DNA of 64,000 nt from Neodothiora populina. Taxonomy: Eukaryota. The stretch is taken from contig NW_027191417.1 of NCBI RefSeq assembly GCF_041146345.1, positions 1,178,001 through 1,242,000 of the forward strand. Reading direction: 5' to 3'. The translations under genes and the position numbers were made by a program. Every line of letters starts with the position of its first letter. Position 1 is the first letter of the stretch. Under the pieces are notes generated by a model, which was not told where the DNA came from, made no database searches, and saw only the letters and a list, made by a program, of their open reading frames with translations. Of the stretch, positions 62,619-64,000 are shown piece by piece.

Positions 62619-63220
62619 ATGTCCGACAAGCAGACCTCCACCCTACAGTCATACATTGACTCTGCTTCTGGCGCAGCGCAATCTGCCCTCGGCAGCCTTA
62701 TGGGCACCAACGGTGACAAGGTAAGCTACCCGTCTTTTCAACTCTTGGTAGATACATACCAGGCCACTCACACTGTGCCTTTCAGGTCCAAGGCGAGCAG
62801 AAGAAGGATCAGGCCGAGGCCAAGAAGGATCTCTCCCACGCCGGTGGATCAGTTGGTCCATTCGACGTCTCCGCCTCCGGAGTCAACGCAAAGAACGAGG
62901 ACCGCACTGAAGGCTCGTGGAACCAGACGGTGGGCGCGGCCAAGGAGACTGTCGGCGGTCTCATCGGTGCCGAGGGACTCAAGCAAGAGGGCATCAAGCA
63001 GAACCAGGAGGGCAAGGGCCAGGAGGCCCAGGGTCAGATCAGTGACTTCGGCAAGGGTGTCCATGACCGCGTCACTGGCACCGTCGGTGGTGCTGTCGCT
63101 GGCCTGACTGGTAATGACCAGGCCAAAGCTGCCTACGAAAACCAGCACGACTTGGGCAAGACCTCGCAGCGTGGTGTCGAGGCTGAGCTCCAGAAGCAGG
63201 CCGAGGCTCAGAAGCACTAG
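62619..63220 (+). CDS. CsbD/LEA-like hydrophilic stress protein (Hmp1-like)
   Basis: MSDKQTSTLQSYIDSASGAAQ, intron 62721-62785, GSWNQTVGAAKETVGGLIG, DRVTGTVGGAVAGLTG. Confidence 0.85.
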
Positions 63221-63623
63221 GGCAACTATGTGCGCGGACGATTTTGACGCATACATGCATGGGAACAAGTTAGGAGACTTGTGGTTGCAATGGCTTGCAG
63301 AGGATTTGGGATGATACCACTATGCGTAACGATTGCTACGATTCTTGATTGTTTTTGAAATGACAACCTTTACATCAACCTTTACTTGATCTTTCCCTTC
63401 CTGCCATGTGAATTTTCCCAGATATGGTCAAATGACTTGATAAGTTATATGTACCTTTGTAGAGTGATTCTACTAGCACCCTTTTCGATGTGGGGGTTGT
63501 GTGGGGAACAAGCACAACAATACGTTTGTACTCGATGAATGTCTACTTTTGTCTGCTCGGATTCATCACAATTTAAATACTACAAATTTAGGTATACAAT
63601 CATTTCGGCTGCTATATTACAAG

Positions 63624-64000
63624 ATGCGTTTACCTTACGTCGAAGAGACTCCCAAATTTTTGGACCCAAATGACCAAGCTGTTGTCGAGCGAGTCAAGGA
63701 GCGCCGTGGTGGAAATCTCATCGCATTAGATCGAGCACTGCTGAATGCTCCGCCAGTGGCAGATGGATGGTAAGATCGCTCAATGTGTTTACAATTCCAA
63801 AGAAAGCAGAGGAAAGAATGAACAAGTGATTCGTAAGGAAGGAAACGAAGACAAATATAAAGATACAAAATAGCTGAAATAATCCCCGCCTCTTTTCTGT
63901 ATTCGTACAGGAACTCTTTCCTCGACTCCATCCGTACCAAGACCACAATCCCCGATTCGATTCGCGAATTGGCCATCTGTCGCATCGCTGTCCTGAACAA
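63624..64000 (+). CDS. AhpD/carboxymuconolactone-decarboxylase-like protein, 5' part only
   Basis: MRLPY...ERRGGNLIALDRALLNAPPVADGW|NSFLDSIRT...RELAICRIAVLN; intron 63770-63910. Confidence 0.85.

Overview
Gene-dense, intron-containing euchromatin from a filamentous ascomycete. GT-AG introns with CTRAY branch points and a STE2 receptor support this; a Dothideomycete origin is only a guess. About 27 protein-coding genes are supportable, mostly conserved housekeeping genes: Pho23/ING, ACC-synthase-like aminotransferase, Pex24p-family peroxin, old-yellow-enzyme oxidoreductase, class III ADH/GSNOR, V-ATPase subunit c, SNU13, YME1, HCS1 helicase, FAM32A, a Bug1/GM130-like golgin, BMT6, a membrane aspartic-protease-like protein, RPL22, NTH1, a DYRK/Pom1 kinase, an Obg-family GTPase, STE2, a BRCT protein, BUD32, a GPI wall protein, a DSBA-like protein, PMP3, SPE3, a CsbD-like protein and an AhpD-like protein. 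I found no transposon, tRNA, rRNA, CRISPR array or secondary-metabolite cluster, and I cannot support a wholly new multi-gene system. The best leads are non-coding or splicing-level. (1) A stand-alone structured RNA candidate near 7.1-7.3 kb has H/ACA features and a pocket matching LSU U2826. (2) TAAGGTA and TACAGTA motifs are strongly enriched between genes. (3) A tandem splice donor in spermidine synthase changes an active-site-proximal segment. (4) A pepsin-fold membrane protein has lost a catalytic Asp. (5) HMG-box-like motifs cluster upstream of STE2. All gene models, pairings and counts were made by eye; no database searches were run.
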